From assembly GCA_944372055.1 (NCBI GenBank), contig CALVYF010000001.1, forward strand, positions 54,384 to 118,383: a DNA stretch of 64,000 nucleotides, read 5' to 3'. Position 1 is the stretch's first letter, and the number at the start of each line of letters is the position of its first letter. Below are positions 54,967-64,000 of the stretch, piece after piece. The position numbers were made by a program, and so were the translations under genes. The notes beneath the pieces were generated by a model. That model ran no database searches and was not told the DNA's origin. It worked only from the letters and a program-made list of their open reading frames with translations. The stretch comes from an uncultured Bacilli bacterium (GTDB taxonomy: Bacteria; Bacillota_I; Bacilli_A; RF39; UBA660).

Positions 54967-55857
54967 TTACTTATCCTCCTTACGATTATTTTTCTTTATA
55001 GACTTTTTACTAGTACTTTTAGAAGCCTTTTTTGTCTCTTTCTTAGTCTGTTTTTTACTTTTCTCTTTATTATTCACATCATCTTTTACATCAAATGTAT
55101 CTTCTATTTTATCTTGAATTTCCTCAACCAAATCAGAAGCAGAATCACTAACGTTATCTACGACTTCTTCAATTTTCTCTTTTGCATTCATAACTGCTTC
55201 CTTTACTTCTTCAAAACTAGTAGTAGGGTTAATTTTCTTTTCTTTATTATCTAAAAAACAACCATACAAGAAAATATACCTATCAAAAAGTAACAAAAAT
55301 ATTGTATCTAAACAAGTAAGAATGGTACCATCAAGTGTTGTTGTTGCAATTAAATCAACGGCACATAGCAAAACAGTTAAAATAAAAACAGTGGAAAAAT
55401 AAGCATCATTCTTAATTTCATTAAATGGCGACTTATCTAAATGGAATTCTTTCCATACCCTAGTTCTACGAAACATTGTATGAAACAAATAAATAAATAA
55501 CACCAAATGCAAAACACAACCAACTAAAGACTCCAAAGAAAAAGATTGGAATATAGTTAAAATAGATGTAATAGCATTAATAAAATATAATAAAATTAAA
55601 AATACATTTAAAAAATCAAAATATCGTTTACCTGTTTTTGTCTTTAATGCTACAAAGTATACCAACATAATTAAGTAAAGACTATTATGATTAATAATAC
55701 TTCTTAAAATCTCTCCTGTACTAAGATTATTATTAATAGCAAAAGATTGACTTAAAATAATAATAATAGCAATAAAAATAATAATCAAATCAGTAATAAT
55801 ATTAGGGTTATCATACCACTCAACTTGAGTCTTTTGTTTTTCTATTTCCATATCCAT
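54967..55857 (-). CDS. polytopic membrane protein with Lys-rich C-terminal tail, unknown
   Basis: About 6 TM helices, then an acidic and basic low-complexity tail (…KEKSKKQTKKETKKASKSTSKKSIKKNNRKEDK). Confidence 0.3.
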   Translation of the reverse strand: MDMEIEKQKTQVEWYDNPNIITDLIIIFIAIIIILSQSFAINNNLSTGEILRSIINHNSLYLIMLVYFVALKTKTGKRYFDFLNVFLILLYFINAITSILTIFQSFSLESLVGCVLHLVLFIYLFHTMFRRTRVWKEFHLDKSPFNEIKNDAYFSTVFILTVLLCAVDLIATTTLDGTILTCLDTIFLLLFDRYIFLYGCFLDNKEKKINPTTSFEEVKEAVMNAKEKIEEVVDNVSDSASDLVEEIQDKIEDTFDVKDDVNNKEKSKKQTKKETKKASKSTSKKSIKKNNRKEDK

Positions 55858-55972
55858 CCTCCTTACTTTAATATTATAACATACTTAAATGAAGTTTTTA
55901 GGACAGATATGAATTTTTCTTTAAAATTTGACAATCATATGATATAATACCAGTGAATTGGAGGGGATACAA

Positions 55973-57277
55973 ATGATACCTACCGTAGCTCTAGTTGGTA
56001 GACCGAATGTTGGTAAATCAACTTTATTTAACAAAATTGTAGGAAAAAAAGTTGCTATTATAGAAGATCTTCCAGGAGTAACCAGAGATAGAATTTATCA
56101 AGAAGCAACCTATAATAATAAAAGATTTTACTTAGTAGATACAGGTGGAATTGATGCTAGCAAAATGAAATTTAACGACGAAATAAAGATGCAAGCAGAA
56201 ATTGCAATTAAAGATGCTGATATCGTCGTATTTATTGTTGATGGAAAAGAAGGATTAACTAGTAACGATTTAATAGTAAGAGACTTACTTAGAAAAAGTA
56301 ATAAAAAAGTGATTGTCGCAATCAACAAAGTGGATAATAAAGAATCAATGAATCATATCTATGATTTTTATGAGCTAGGATTTGATACTTATATTCCAAT
56401 TAGTAGTATCCACAACACTGGATATATTGAACTAATGGACGAAATTACAAAAGACTTTACAGAAAAAGAAGAAACAGAAGATACAAGACTAAAATTTTCT
56501 ATTATCGGAAGACCAAATGTAGGAAAAAGTAGTCTAATGAATGCCTTATTAAACGAAGAGCGTGTCGTCGTATCTGATGTAGCAGGAACAACAAGGGACT
56601 CCATTGACTCAGTATTAAAATACCATAATGAGGAATATATACTAATTGATACTGCCGGCATGAGAAAAAAAGGACGTGTCTTTGAAGCTATTGAAAAATA
56701 TAGCCTATTTCGTTCCTTAAAAGCAATTGATAGAAGTGATATATGTCTAGTAGTAATCAACGCAGAAGAAGGAATCAAAGAACATGATAAACATATTGCA
56801 GGATACGCTATAGAACGTGGCAAAGGTTTAATCTTTGTAGTTAATAAATGGGATACTGTAAAAGATAAAACGATACCAGAATTTGAAAAAGAAATGCGTG
56901 CCGAATTCCAGTTTGCCACCTATGCTCCAATTGTTTATCTATCCGCATTAACAAAAAAAAGAATCCATACTTTAATGCCAGAAATCATTAAAGTAGGAGA
57001 AAATATAAAAAGAGAAATTTCAACAAGTCTTTTAAATAATGTCATTCTAGATGCCTATCAATTAAATTTACCACCTTCATATAAAGGTAAACGATTAAAA
57101 ATTTATTTTTCCAGTCAAACTGGAACAAAACCACCAAAATTTACTTTAAGAGTAAATAATAAAGGTTTAGTTCATTTTTCATACGAAAGATACTTAGAAA
57201 ATAAATTAAGAGAAAACTTTGAGTTAGAAGGAACTCCAATTATCCTTCAATTCAAAAATAGAAATGGAGAAGAATAA
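55973..57277 (+). CDS. der: ribosome-biogenesis GTPase Der (EngA), double GTPase domain
   Basis: Two G-domains (GRPNVGKSTLFN... and GRPNVGKSSLMN...) plus a C-terminal KH-like domain. GGAGGGG RBS before the ATG at 55973. Confidence 0.9.
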   Translation: MIPTVALVGRPNVGKSTLFNKIVGKKVAIIEDLPGVTRDRIYQEATYNNKRFYLVDTGGIDASKMKFNDEIKMQAEIAIKDADIVVFIVDGKEGLTSNDLIVRDLLRKSNKKVIVAINKVDNKESMNHIYDFYELGFDTYIPISSIHNTGYIELMDEITKDFTEKEETEDTRLKFSIIGRPNVGKSSLMNALLNEERVVVSDVAGTTRDSIDSVLKYHNEEYILIDTAGMRKKGRVFEAIEKYSLFRSLKAIDRSDICLVVINAEEGIKEHDKHIAGYAIERGKGLIFVVNKWDTVKDKTIPEFEKEMRAEFQFATYAPIVYLSALTKKRIHTLMPEIIKVGENIKREISTSLLNNVILDAYQLNLPPSYKGKRLKIYFSSQTGTKPPKFTLRVNNKGLVHFSYERYLENKLRENFELEGTPIILQFKNRNGEE

Positions 57278-57590
57278 TATGTTATTTGGAAATAATTTTA
57301 ATAATAAAAATAACCAATCCAATTTCACAAAACCATTAGGAAATCATTTTGAGAATAATCAATTTGTAAACAAGAATCATGAGTTCCAACAAAATATAAA
57401 TCAAAATATAAATCAAAAAAATGTATTTACAAATGATATAAAAACACAACAACATATTAATCCCATAAATAAAAACGATATGGCCGATAAAACCTTAGCT
57501 TTACTACATGAACGCCTAGAACAAGGATCTATATCATTAGACGAGTTTAATAGAAGATGTGAAGAATTAGGAAAAAAAAGAAGTCAATAA
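57264..57590 (+). CDS. Asn/Gln-rich hypothetical small protein
   Basis: About 100 aa. Low-complexity N/Q-rich N-terminal half with a 12-nt tandem repeat (caaaatataaat x2), and a helical C-terminal segment. Weak coding evidence. Confidence 0.25.
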   Translation: MEKNNMLFGNNFNNKNNQSNFTKPLGNHFENNQFVNKNHEFQQNINQNINQKNVFTNDIKTQQHINPINKNDMADKTLALLHERLEQGSISLDEFNRRCEELGKKRSQ

Positions 57591-57626
57591 TATAAAAAGA
57601 AACATATACTAACATAGGAGGTTACT

Positions 57627-57866
57627 ATGTTTGGTGATAATTTCTTTAAACGTGTCGAAAATAAAACTAATGTAGACAAGAATACAATTTTATCTTTAGC
57701 AAAAAAAATACAAAATACGAATATGAAAGATGAAAACACTTTAAGAGAAGTAATACAGGAAATTAGTAAAATGACAGGAAAAGAAGTATCTAAAGAAAAA
57801 GAAGATAAAATTATAAATAATATTATAAAAGATAACGTTCCACAAAATATAGATAAAATGTTTTAA
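57627..57866 (+). CDS. small hypothetical protein
   Basis: 79 aa, charged and helical. A GGAGG RBS precedes the ATG. Confidence 0.25.
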   Translation: MFGDNFFKRVENKTNVDKNTILSLAKKIQNTNMKDENTLREVIQEISKMTGKEVSKEKEDKIINNIIKDNVPQNIDKMF

Positions 57867-57931
57867 ATACCGTCAAGGTATTTTTCTTATACCTAAAATA
57901 TGATACAATGAAAAAAATAAGAGGTGAAAAA

Positions 57932-59032
57932 ATGTACTGTTTACGATGTGGAACCAAGGTAGATGACAAAGTTGAATACTGTCCTCACTGTGGTGCTAAT
58001 ATTAAAGAAGAATTATCTCGTTATGATTACAAACCAAAAGAGACCGATCACAAAGAACCTACAATAAACTTACAACCAAGTCATGAAGAACAATTTGAGT
58101 ATAGTCAAAAATATAGTTATGCAAAAAACAATCAACAATTACAAAACATACTAAAAAATAAAAAATCAACAATCTCTCCACAAAATGAAGAATACTTAAA
58201 AGCCTATGTTGGTAATAATTATGAAAAAATAAAAAAATCTAGTTTTTCATTCCCTACTTTTTTCTTCGGACCAATTTATATGTTCTATCGAAAATTATAT
58301 ATGGTAGGGTTCATATGGGTACTACTATCAATAGTAGCTATTATCTTTTTTGAACTATACTTTATAGCAATGATAATAATGGCTACCTTATTTAGAAATA
58401 TATATTTCGCTCATGCCCTAAAGAAAGTGGAAATAATAAAAAGAAAATTAACAGGCTTAGACCATGAAACGATTATAAAAGAATGCAAAAAAAGTGGTGG
58501 AACCAATATCTTAGTACCAATAATAATATGTATTATAGTATTTGTGCTAACCTTCACTGGCATCACTATAATAACAGATAATATATCCAATATAATAGAA
58601 GATTCACCCCCACTAAAACAAGACACAACTTATAATGAAAACAATTTATCATATACAATTCCAAAAGGATTTATATTAAATTACGAAAATAAAGATGACT
58701 ATCATTCCTATCAAGGATTTAATAATGATAATTGCGATGTATATATCAGAATAACTTTTGATGCTGATTATTATGAAGATGAGACTGATTATTTAAATAG
58801 CATAGTCACTACAAACATAAACGATGAAGTAAGTCCTATTACAACCCTTGCAATCAATAACAACAACTGGACTACAATAACCGTAAAAAAAGAATATTAC
58901 ACCCAAACAACTTATGTATTAGAAAAGAATAATGACTTCTACAGAATTGAGACAAAATGTGATAATGAAGACATAACTACTTGTCAAAGTGAATTTGATA
59001 AAATAATCAATAGTTTAACATACAAAAATTAA
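57932..59032 (+). CDS. membrane protein with N-terminal zinc ribbon
   Basis: MYCLRCGTKVDDKVEYCPHCGANI, then 3-4 TM helices and a ~160-aa C-terminal extracytoplasmic domain. Same architecture as the 14358-15464 protein. AGAGGTGA RBS. Confidence 0.4.
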   Translation: MYCLRCGTKVDDKVEYCPHCGANIKEELSRYDYKPKETDHKEPTINLQPSHEEQFEYSQKYSYAKNNQQLQNILKNKKSTISPQNEEYLKAYVGNNYEKIKKSSFSFPTFFFGPIYMFYRKLYMVGFIWVLLSIVAIIFFELYFIAMIIMATLFRNIYFAHALKKVEIIKRKLTGLDHETIIKECKKSGGTNILVPIIICIIVFVLTFTGITIITDNISNIIEDSPPLKQDTTYNENNLSYTIPKGFILNYENKDDYHSYQGFNNDNCDVYIRITFDADYYEDETDYLNSIVTTNINDEVSPITTLAINNNNWTTITVKKEYYTQTTYVLEKNNDFYRIETKCDNEDITTCQSEFDKIINSLTYKN

Positions 59033-59102
59033 AAGAGACGATATAAAATCGTTCTTTTTTTTTAATTATAATCATAAAGTTAACTGTATAAGGAGAATGT
59101 GT

Positions 59103-60578
59103 ATGGATAAACATGAAATTATTAAAAATATTGCTAAAAGAAGTGGCGGGGATATTTATTTAGGTGTCGTTGGAGCCGTAAGAACTGGAAAATCTACTTT
59201 TATTAAAAGGATGGTGGAAACATTAATCGTTCCAAATATTGAAGATGAATATGAGAGAAAAAGAGCATTAGATGAAATACCGCAAAGTGCCGCCGGGAAA
59301 ACCATCATGACAACAGAACCAAAATTCGTACCAAATAACACTGCAAAAATAAAAATAGATGATTTCACTTGCAACATTAGATTAATAGACTGCGTAGGAT
59401 ATATGATTGACAAAGCCCAAGGAGCGACAGACGAAAACGGGCCGAGAATGGTAAAAACTCCTTGGTATACAGAAGAAATTCCATTCGTAGAGGCAGCAGA
59501 AATAGGAACCGAAAAAGTAATTAAAGACCATTCTACTATCGGGATTGTTGTAACAACAGATGGATCCATTGGAGATTTTGAACGAAGTGACTACTTAGAA
59601 GCAGAAACGAGAGTCATTGAGGAACTAAAAAATATTGGCAAGCCATTTATCGTAATATTAAATTCTACTCACCCAACCCTACCAGAAACACAAAGATTAG
59701 CAGAATCACTAAAAGAAGAGCATCAAGTTCCAGTACTTCCTATTAGTATTGAAGCAATGAATGAAAAAGATATGTACGATATTTTAAGAGAAGCATTATA
59801 TGAATTCCCTGTATTAGAGGTAAAAGTTAACATGCCGGAATGGATTACCATTTTAAACCCAGATCACCCTGTAAAACAAAGTTATATAAATGCAATTAAA
59901 GAAAGCGTAGTAGAAATAGACAAACTAAAAGATATAGAACATATTACAGATCATTTCTTAAATAACGAAATGATTGAAAAAGCTTATCTTTCAGAAGTAG
60001 ACCCTTCTACTGGAATAATCACTATTACCCTAACTGCACCTGCTGATTTATATAACCAAACACTAACAGAAATTATAAAAATCGATGTAAAAAGTAAAGC
60101 AGACTTGCTAGCGTTATTTCAAGAATATAACACTGCAAAAAAAGAATATGATCAAATTAAATATGCATTAAAAATGGTAAAACAAACAGGATATGGTGTA
60201 GCAACCCCATCCATAGAAGACATGAAATTAGATAAGCCGGAAATTATTAAACAAGGTCCACGATATGGCATCAAATTAAAAGCCGTCGCGCCGTCAATTC
60301 ATATGATACGCGTCGATGTAGAATCAACCTTTGAACCAATTATAGGAAGTGAAGTGCAAAGTAAAGAATTAATTGACTATTTAACTAAAGACAAAGATAA
60401 AAGTCCAAATGAGATTTGGAAAAGTGAAATATTTGGTCGCAGCCTAGACTCCATTGTTCAAGAAGGAATCCAAGCAAAAATAAATATGATGCCGGATAAT
60501 ATCCGATTAAAGCTTCAAGCAACTTTAACAAAAGTAGTAAATAAAGGTTCAAATAATATGATTGCTATTGTAATATAA
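59103..60578 (+). CDS. spoIVA: stage IV sporulation protein A (spore coat morphogenetic ATPase)
   Basis: MDKHEIIKNIAKRSGGDIYLGVVGAVRTGKSTFIKRMVE... is near-identical in pattern to the B. subtilis SpoIVA N-terminus including Walker A. Full length about 491 aa. AAGGAGA RBS. Confidence 0.9.
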   Translation: MDKHEIIKNIAKRSGGDIYLGVVGAVRTGKSTFIKRMVETLIVPNIEDEYERKRALDEIPQSAAGKTIMTTEPKFVPNNTAKIKIDDFTCNIRLIDCVGYMIDKAQGATDENGPRMVKTPWYTEEIPFVEAAEIGTEKVIKDHSTIGIVVTTDGSIGDFERSDYLEAETRVIEELKNIGKPFIVILNSTHPTLPETQRLAESLKEEHQVPVLPISIEAMNEKDMYDILREALYEFPVLEVKVNMPEWITILNPDHPVKQSYINAIKESVVEIDKLKDIEHITDHFLNNEMIEKAYLSEVDPSTGIITITLTAPADLYNQTLTEIIKIDVKSKADLLALFQEYNTAKKEYDQIKYALKMVKQTGYGVATPSIEDMKLDKPEIIKQGPRYGIKLKAVAPSIHMIRVDVESTFEPIIGSEVQSKELIDYLTKDKDKSPNEIWKSEIFGRSLDSIVQEGIQAKINMMPDNIRLKLQATLTKVVNKGSNNMIAIVI

Positions 60579-60613
60579 AATAATCCACAAAAATTGTGGA
60601 TTGTTTTATATTA

Positions 60614-61318
60614 TTAGATATCAGCAACTAAAGAATTATATTGATTTACCAAATCCTCTGTAGAAAATTGAATCTCATTATTCTCTATTTTCCAATTATT
60701 AGCATTAGTTTTTAAAAAACCAAGTGTACGAGTAACAGTATTAAAAATTTTATTCATTTGATTTTCACTCTCTAAAAATGACACTTTGTAATTCTTAAGT
60801 TTGATAAATAATGATGAATCGAAAACACTTGACACAAACACCTCTTGATAGTAATCAGATAAGGAAGTATCTTTAGAAAACCGTACAAGTCCTTCCTTAG
60901 TACAAAACTGAAAAAGCTTATCTATATCTTTTTGAAAACGAGCTCGAACTTCTTCCACATACTCCAAGCTACTATTAAACTCTTTACCATCCTCTAAATA
61001 ATTAGTAACAGAAAGTAACGTTGTAAGTCTCTGATCATCTGCATAACTCATAACTTTTTGATACTGTTTATAAAAATCATTAATATAATCTTCTATAACC
61101 TCTTCTACTTCCTGATATTTAAAAGAAACCGTAGAAGAAGAAAACGTCATATCATTAAAAATATCTTGCTCAGCAAACTTTTCTATATCATTTACCAATC
61201 TATCTTCTTGAACTCTTCTGTTTATAATTACCAAATAGCTAAAAATTATAAACAGAAGAAAAAAAGCAAACAAACCTATGAATATATACTTTTTTTTCAT
61301 CATAAAATTCACCAACAC
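60614..61318 (-). CDS. membrane-anchored hypothetical protein
   Basis: N-terminal TM helix, then a ~200-aa soluble domain with no motif. Confidence 0.3.
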   Translation of the reverse strand: MLVNFMMKKKYIFIGLFAFFLLFIIFSYLVIINRRVQEDRLVNDIEKFAEQDIFNDMTFSSSTVSFKYQEVEEVIEDYINDFYKQYQKVMSYADDQRLTTLLSVTNYLEDGKEFNSSLEYVEEVRARFQKDIDKLFQFCTKEGLVRFSKDTSLSDYYQEVFVSSVFDSSLFIKLKNYKVSFLESENQMNKIFNTVTRTLGFLKTNANNWKIENNEIQFSTEDLVNQYNSLVADI

Positions 61319-61351
61319 ATATTATAGCAACAATTAAAAAAAAGTCAAAAA

Positions 61352-61807
61352 CTAACACTTTCTCCATTGAAACATAATAGTATATAAATCTTTACCATAG
61401 ATAAAATCACCAAACTCTATGATATTTTCAATATTGGGAATATCATCCACATTACAATAATAATACCCATTTGCATAATATATATCAGCATCAGGCAATA
61501 AAAAATAATCATCTGTTCTAAAATAAATTTTTTCATCTAAATACACAAGAGTCCTAAAATCCAAAGTAGAATGATAATCAGAACTTTCCAATTGAATTAA
61601 TTCTAAAAAAATTCCAACTCTAGAATAAAAATAAACTTTTACTTTATAAAACCCCCGGAGAAATAATCGATATTGAAGTTTAAACAATAAAGACTTTACT
61701 AATTCGATAATTTTATCTCTATCAGGATTCACATTAGATACATACGCAGAATTAACAAAAATAGAAAATCTTTGTTCTCCTAATTTCTCGATTCTCATAC
61801 ATCTCAC
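61352..61807 (-). CDS. hypothetical protein
   Basis: 151 aa, Tyr/Asp-rich C-terminal half, no motif recognised. Confidence 0.3.
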   Translation of the reverse strand: MRCMRIEKLGEQRFSIFVNSAYVSNVNPDRDKIIELVKSLLFKLQYRLFLRGFYKVKVYFYSRVGIFLELIQLESSDYHSTLDFRTLVYLDEKIYFRTDDYFLLPDADIYYANGYYYCNVDDIPNIENIIEFGDFIYGKDLYTIMFQWRKC

Positions 61808-61830
61808 CTAATGTAATATATGAAAAAAGT

Positions 61831-62427
61831 CTAAATAACATCACCGTTAATTAGACTTTCAATTTTCTTGACTACTTCTTTTACACCTAATTTAGTAACA
61901 CTAGAGAAAACAACCAAATCATCTCCAACTACTAAATCCAAGGTATCTAAAATATCCTTTAAATTTTTCTCTTTTTTACTGCCGCCAACTTTATCCGCTT
62001 TAGTAGCGATAACAGTTACTGGTAAATTATAATATTTTAAAAAATTATACATAAGCAAATCATCTTCTGTAGGTTTATGACGAAAATCAATTAATAAAAA
62101 GACTCTTTTTAATACTGTTCGCTTTTCTAAATACTCTTCAATCATCATACCGAATTTAGACTGCGTCTTTTTATCAACAGAAGCATACCCATATCCAGGA
62201 ACATCAATCAAATAAAAACTATCATTGACAGAATAAAAATTCAAAGTCTGCGTTTTCCCAGGTCTAGAAGATGTATAAGCTAAATTTTTACGTGATAAAA
62301 TTGCATTAATAAAACTACTTTTACCAACATTACTACGTCCAACCAATAAAAATTCTGGTTTTCCCTCTTCTGGATACTGACTACGTCTAGTAGCAATAAT
62401 TTCCAAACTAGCATCTTTAATTACCAT
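61831..62427 (-). CDS. engB: ribosome-biogenesis GTPase EngB (YsxC/YihA)
   Basis: ...EFLLVGRSNVGKSSFINAI... G1 motif, ...DVPGYGYA... G3 motif, 198 aa. Confidence 0.85.
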   Translation of the reverse strand: MVIKDASLEIIATRRSQYPEEGKPEFLLVGRSNVGKSSFINAILSRKNLAYTSSRPGKTQTLNFYSVNDSFYLIDVPGYGYASVDKKTQSKFGMMIEEYLEKRTVLKRVFLLIDFRHKPTEDDLLMYNFLKYYNLPVTVIATKADKVGGSKKEKNLKDILDTLDLVVGDDLVVFSSVTKLGVKEVVKKIESLINGDVI

Positions 62428-62430
62428 ATC

Positions 62431-63384
62431 CTACACCTCACTTTGATACTCTATCAACACTTGCTCCAAATCATCAATAATTTTCATAGCTTCATCCATT
62501 GTTTTTACCCTAACACCACTAGCAAACTTATGTCCTCCACCATGATACTTTTCGGCTACTTGATTAATCACAGGACCACGAGAACGAATGGAAATACGAA
62601 TTTGATCATTTTTAACATCCTCTGTCATCGTAACCCAAACAAGTACTTCTTTAATGAAATTAAAATTATTAATCATATTACCAGCACTAGCACTATCAAC
62701 TCCATATTTCTGTATAATAGCATCAGTAATTGGAATATAACCAAGACCATTCTCAGTTACAGTCATATTTAAAGAAATATAACCTTCTAAACGAACTTCA
62801 TTTAACGGTCTTAAATACAATTTTTGATAACACTTAGAAAGATCAAAAGGATACTTATCCAAATAATAAGAAATTAAAGAAAACAAATGCGAAGTAGAAC
62901 TATCAAAAAGAAATCGATTAGAATCAGAAACAAGACCCATATACAATAACTCAGCAATAGAAGAGTTTAAAACTAACTTCATCTGCATTAAAAGTTCCAT
63001 AATAATCTCACATGCCGAAGAAGCTTGGTCATTAATAATCTCTAATCCTCCAAAATCCTCTACAAATGGATGATGATCTATCTTAACAATATAAGAAAAA
63101 TCAGAAAGTACTGCCGAATCTATTCTTCTTTTATCTGGTGTATCAGTTACAATTAATAAAGCATTGTCTACTTTCTCAAGTTTATCTAACTTTCCAATAT
63201 GTGCAAACTTTTGACTTCCTGTACCAATCGCTATAACTTTCTTCTCTGGAAAATTAAGCCTAATAGCATCACGAAGAGCAAGTTGACTACACAAAGCATC
63301 AGGATCAACACCAATATGTCTAGCTATAACTATCGTATCATACCTCTTAATTGTCTTTAAAAGTTTCTTATACATGATAAACAT
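62431..63384 (-). CDS. nrnA: DHH-family phosphoesterase (NrnA-like oligoribonuclease/pAp phosphatase)
   Basis: DHH motifs (…DTIVIARHIGVDPDALCS…, …IDHHPF…) and a DHHA1 GGGH motif near the C-terminus (…KYHGGGHKFASG…). Confidence 0.7.
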   Translation of the reverse strand: MFIMYKKLLKTIKRYDTIVIARHIGVDPDALCSQLALRDAIRLNFPEKKVIAIGTGSQKFAHIGKLDKLEKVDNALLIVTDTPDKRRIDSAVLSDFSYIVKIDHHPFVEDFGGLEIINDQASSACEIIMELLMQMKLVLNSSIAELLYMGLVSDSNRFLFDSSTSHLFSLISYYLDKYPFDLSKCYQKLYLRPLNEVRLEGYISLNMTVTENGLGYIPITDAIIQKYGVDSASAGNMINNFNFIKEVLVWVTMTEDVKNDQIRISIRSRGPVINQVAEKYHGGGHKFASGVRVKTMDEAMKIIDDLEQVLIEYQSEV

Positions 63385-63385
63385 C

Positions 63386-64000
63386 CTATCTATTAATTAA
63401 ATGTAATGTATCTCTAGCAATCATTAATTCCTCATCTGTTGGGATAACATAAACATCAATGGAAGAATCATCAGTACTAATTTTAACGACTTCTCCACGT
63501 ACATTATTTTTATCTAAATCAATCTTAACACCAAAACATGCAAGTTCTTCACAGATTTGTCTACGAACAGGAATACTATTTTCTCCTACTCCTGCAGTAA
63601 ATACAATGACATCAGCGCCACCTAATAATACATAATATTGTGCGATATAATCAACAACACGACGAACATACTTATCACGAGCAACAATTGCCTTTTCATC
63701 TTGTTGACCACATTTTTCCAAAATATCACGCATATCACTACTATATTCGCTCATTCCGAATAAACCACTACGTTTATTTAAATCATCAATAACTTCACTA
63801 GCATTCTTACCTTCTTGTTCCATAACATAAGGAATAATAGAAGGATCAATATCACCAGAACGAGTTCCCATCATAATTCCTGCAAGAGGTGTAAATCCCA
63901 TAGATGTATCTACACACTTACCATCTTTAATAGCAGTAATAGAACCACCATTACCAATATGACAACTAATCAAACGAAATTCATCTTTTCCTAGCATTTC
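63386..64000 (-). CDS. ackA: acetate kinase, C-terminal ~200 aa; the gene 5' end lies beyond the window end
   Basis: ...LISCHIGNGGSITAIKDGKCVDTSMGFTPLAGIMMGTRSGDIDPSII... and ...VIVFTAGVGENSIPVRRQI... match acetate/propionate kinase C-terminal signatures. Confidence 0.85.
   Translation of the reverse strand, partial: EMLGKDEFRLISCHIGNGGSITAIKDGKCVDTSMGFTPLAGIMMGTRSGDIDPSIIPYVMEQEGKNASEVIDDLNKRSGLFGMSEYSSDMRDILEKCGQQDEKAIVARDKYVRRVVDYIAQYYVLLGGADVIVFTAGVGENSIPVRRQICEELACFGVKIDLDKNNVRGEVVKISTDDSSIDVYVIPTDEELMIARDTLHLINR

Noticed and set aside
53784-56919. Short ORFs antisense to cca, hup, the membrane-protein genes and der (53784, 54290, 54866, 56128, 56389)
   Set aside because: They are antisense to, or overlapping, supported genes, with no signals.
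58411-59569. 71-aa and 137-aa minus-strand ORFs
   Set aside because: They are antisense to the zinc-ribbon membrane protein gene and to spoIVA. The 137-aa one is a mirror ORF of the highly conserved SpoIVA N-terminus.
61058-62772. 89-aa and 109-aa plus-strand ORFs
   Set aside because: They are antisense to the hypothetical gene and to nrnA.
1-64000. CRISPR arrays, IS elements/transposases, rRNA or tRNA genes
   Set aside because: There are no regularly spaced repeats, no transposase or integrase-like ORFs, and no GC-rich islands apart from rnpB and the T-box leader. None was found.

Overview
This is a very AT-rich (about 28-30% GC) Firmicutes chromosomal segment. It consists almost entirely of housekeeping genes arranged in Bacillus-type synteny blocks: uppS-cdsA-rseP, ymcB(miaB)-ymcA-cotE, ftsY-ylxM-ffh, rodZ-pgsA-recA, gpsB-rnpB, recU-ponA, nth-dnaD, der...spoIVA, plus rnjA, rny, serS, engB, nrnA and ackA. 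Sporulation genes are scattered through the window: cotE, spoVS, a dacF-type carboxypeptidase, a sortase with a VPDTS substrate, spoIVA, a possible CotD-like gene, and tandem tiny-TM peptides. The organism therefore looks like a spore-forming low-GC Bacilli or Erysipelotrichia-like bacterium; that placement is inference. I found no transposases, integrases, CRISPR arrays, rRNA or tRNA genes. One structured RNA is present: RNase P RNA (type B) on the minus strand at about 47335-47672, missed by the ORF track. A T-box leader precedes a dipeptidase-serS operon, and many intrinsic terminators can be read directly. The most unusual items are: (1) a solitary HerA/FtsK-superfamily ATPase with a ~230-aa disordered Ser/Thr/Asn-rich tail, inserted as its own terminator-flanked unit between ylxM and ffh; (2) a psp-like ydjG/ydjH/ydjI-type module (zinc-ribbon protein, TPM-like protein, SPFH protein with zinc ribbon) that lacks pspA and is preceded by a small acidic ORF whose stop codon sits inside an intrinsic terminator; (3) a sortase operon whose substrate carries a VPDTS signal and thioester-domain-like Cys/Gln motifs; (4) a HIT gene broken by a 1-nt homopolymer frameshift; (5) tandem 41-aa and 26-aa tiny TM peptide genes; (6) a triple TTTTGTC(A/G) repeat with a perfect Spo0A box upstream of an unknown gene. 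All functional calls rest on my own reading of the translated ORFs and recalled family motifs. I ran no database searches.
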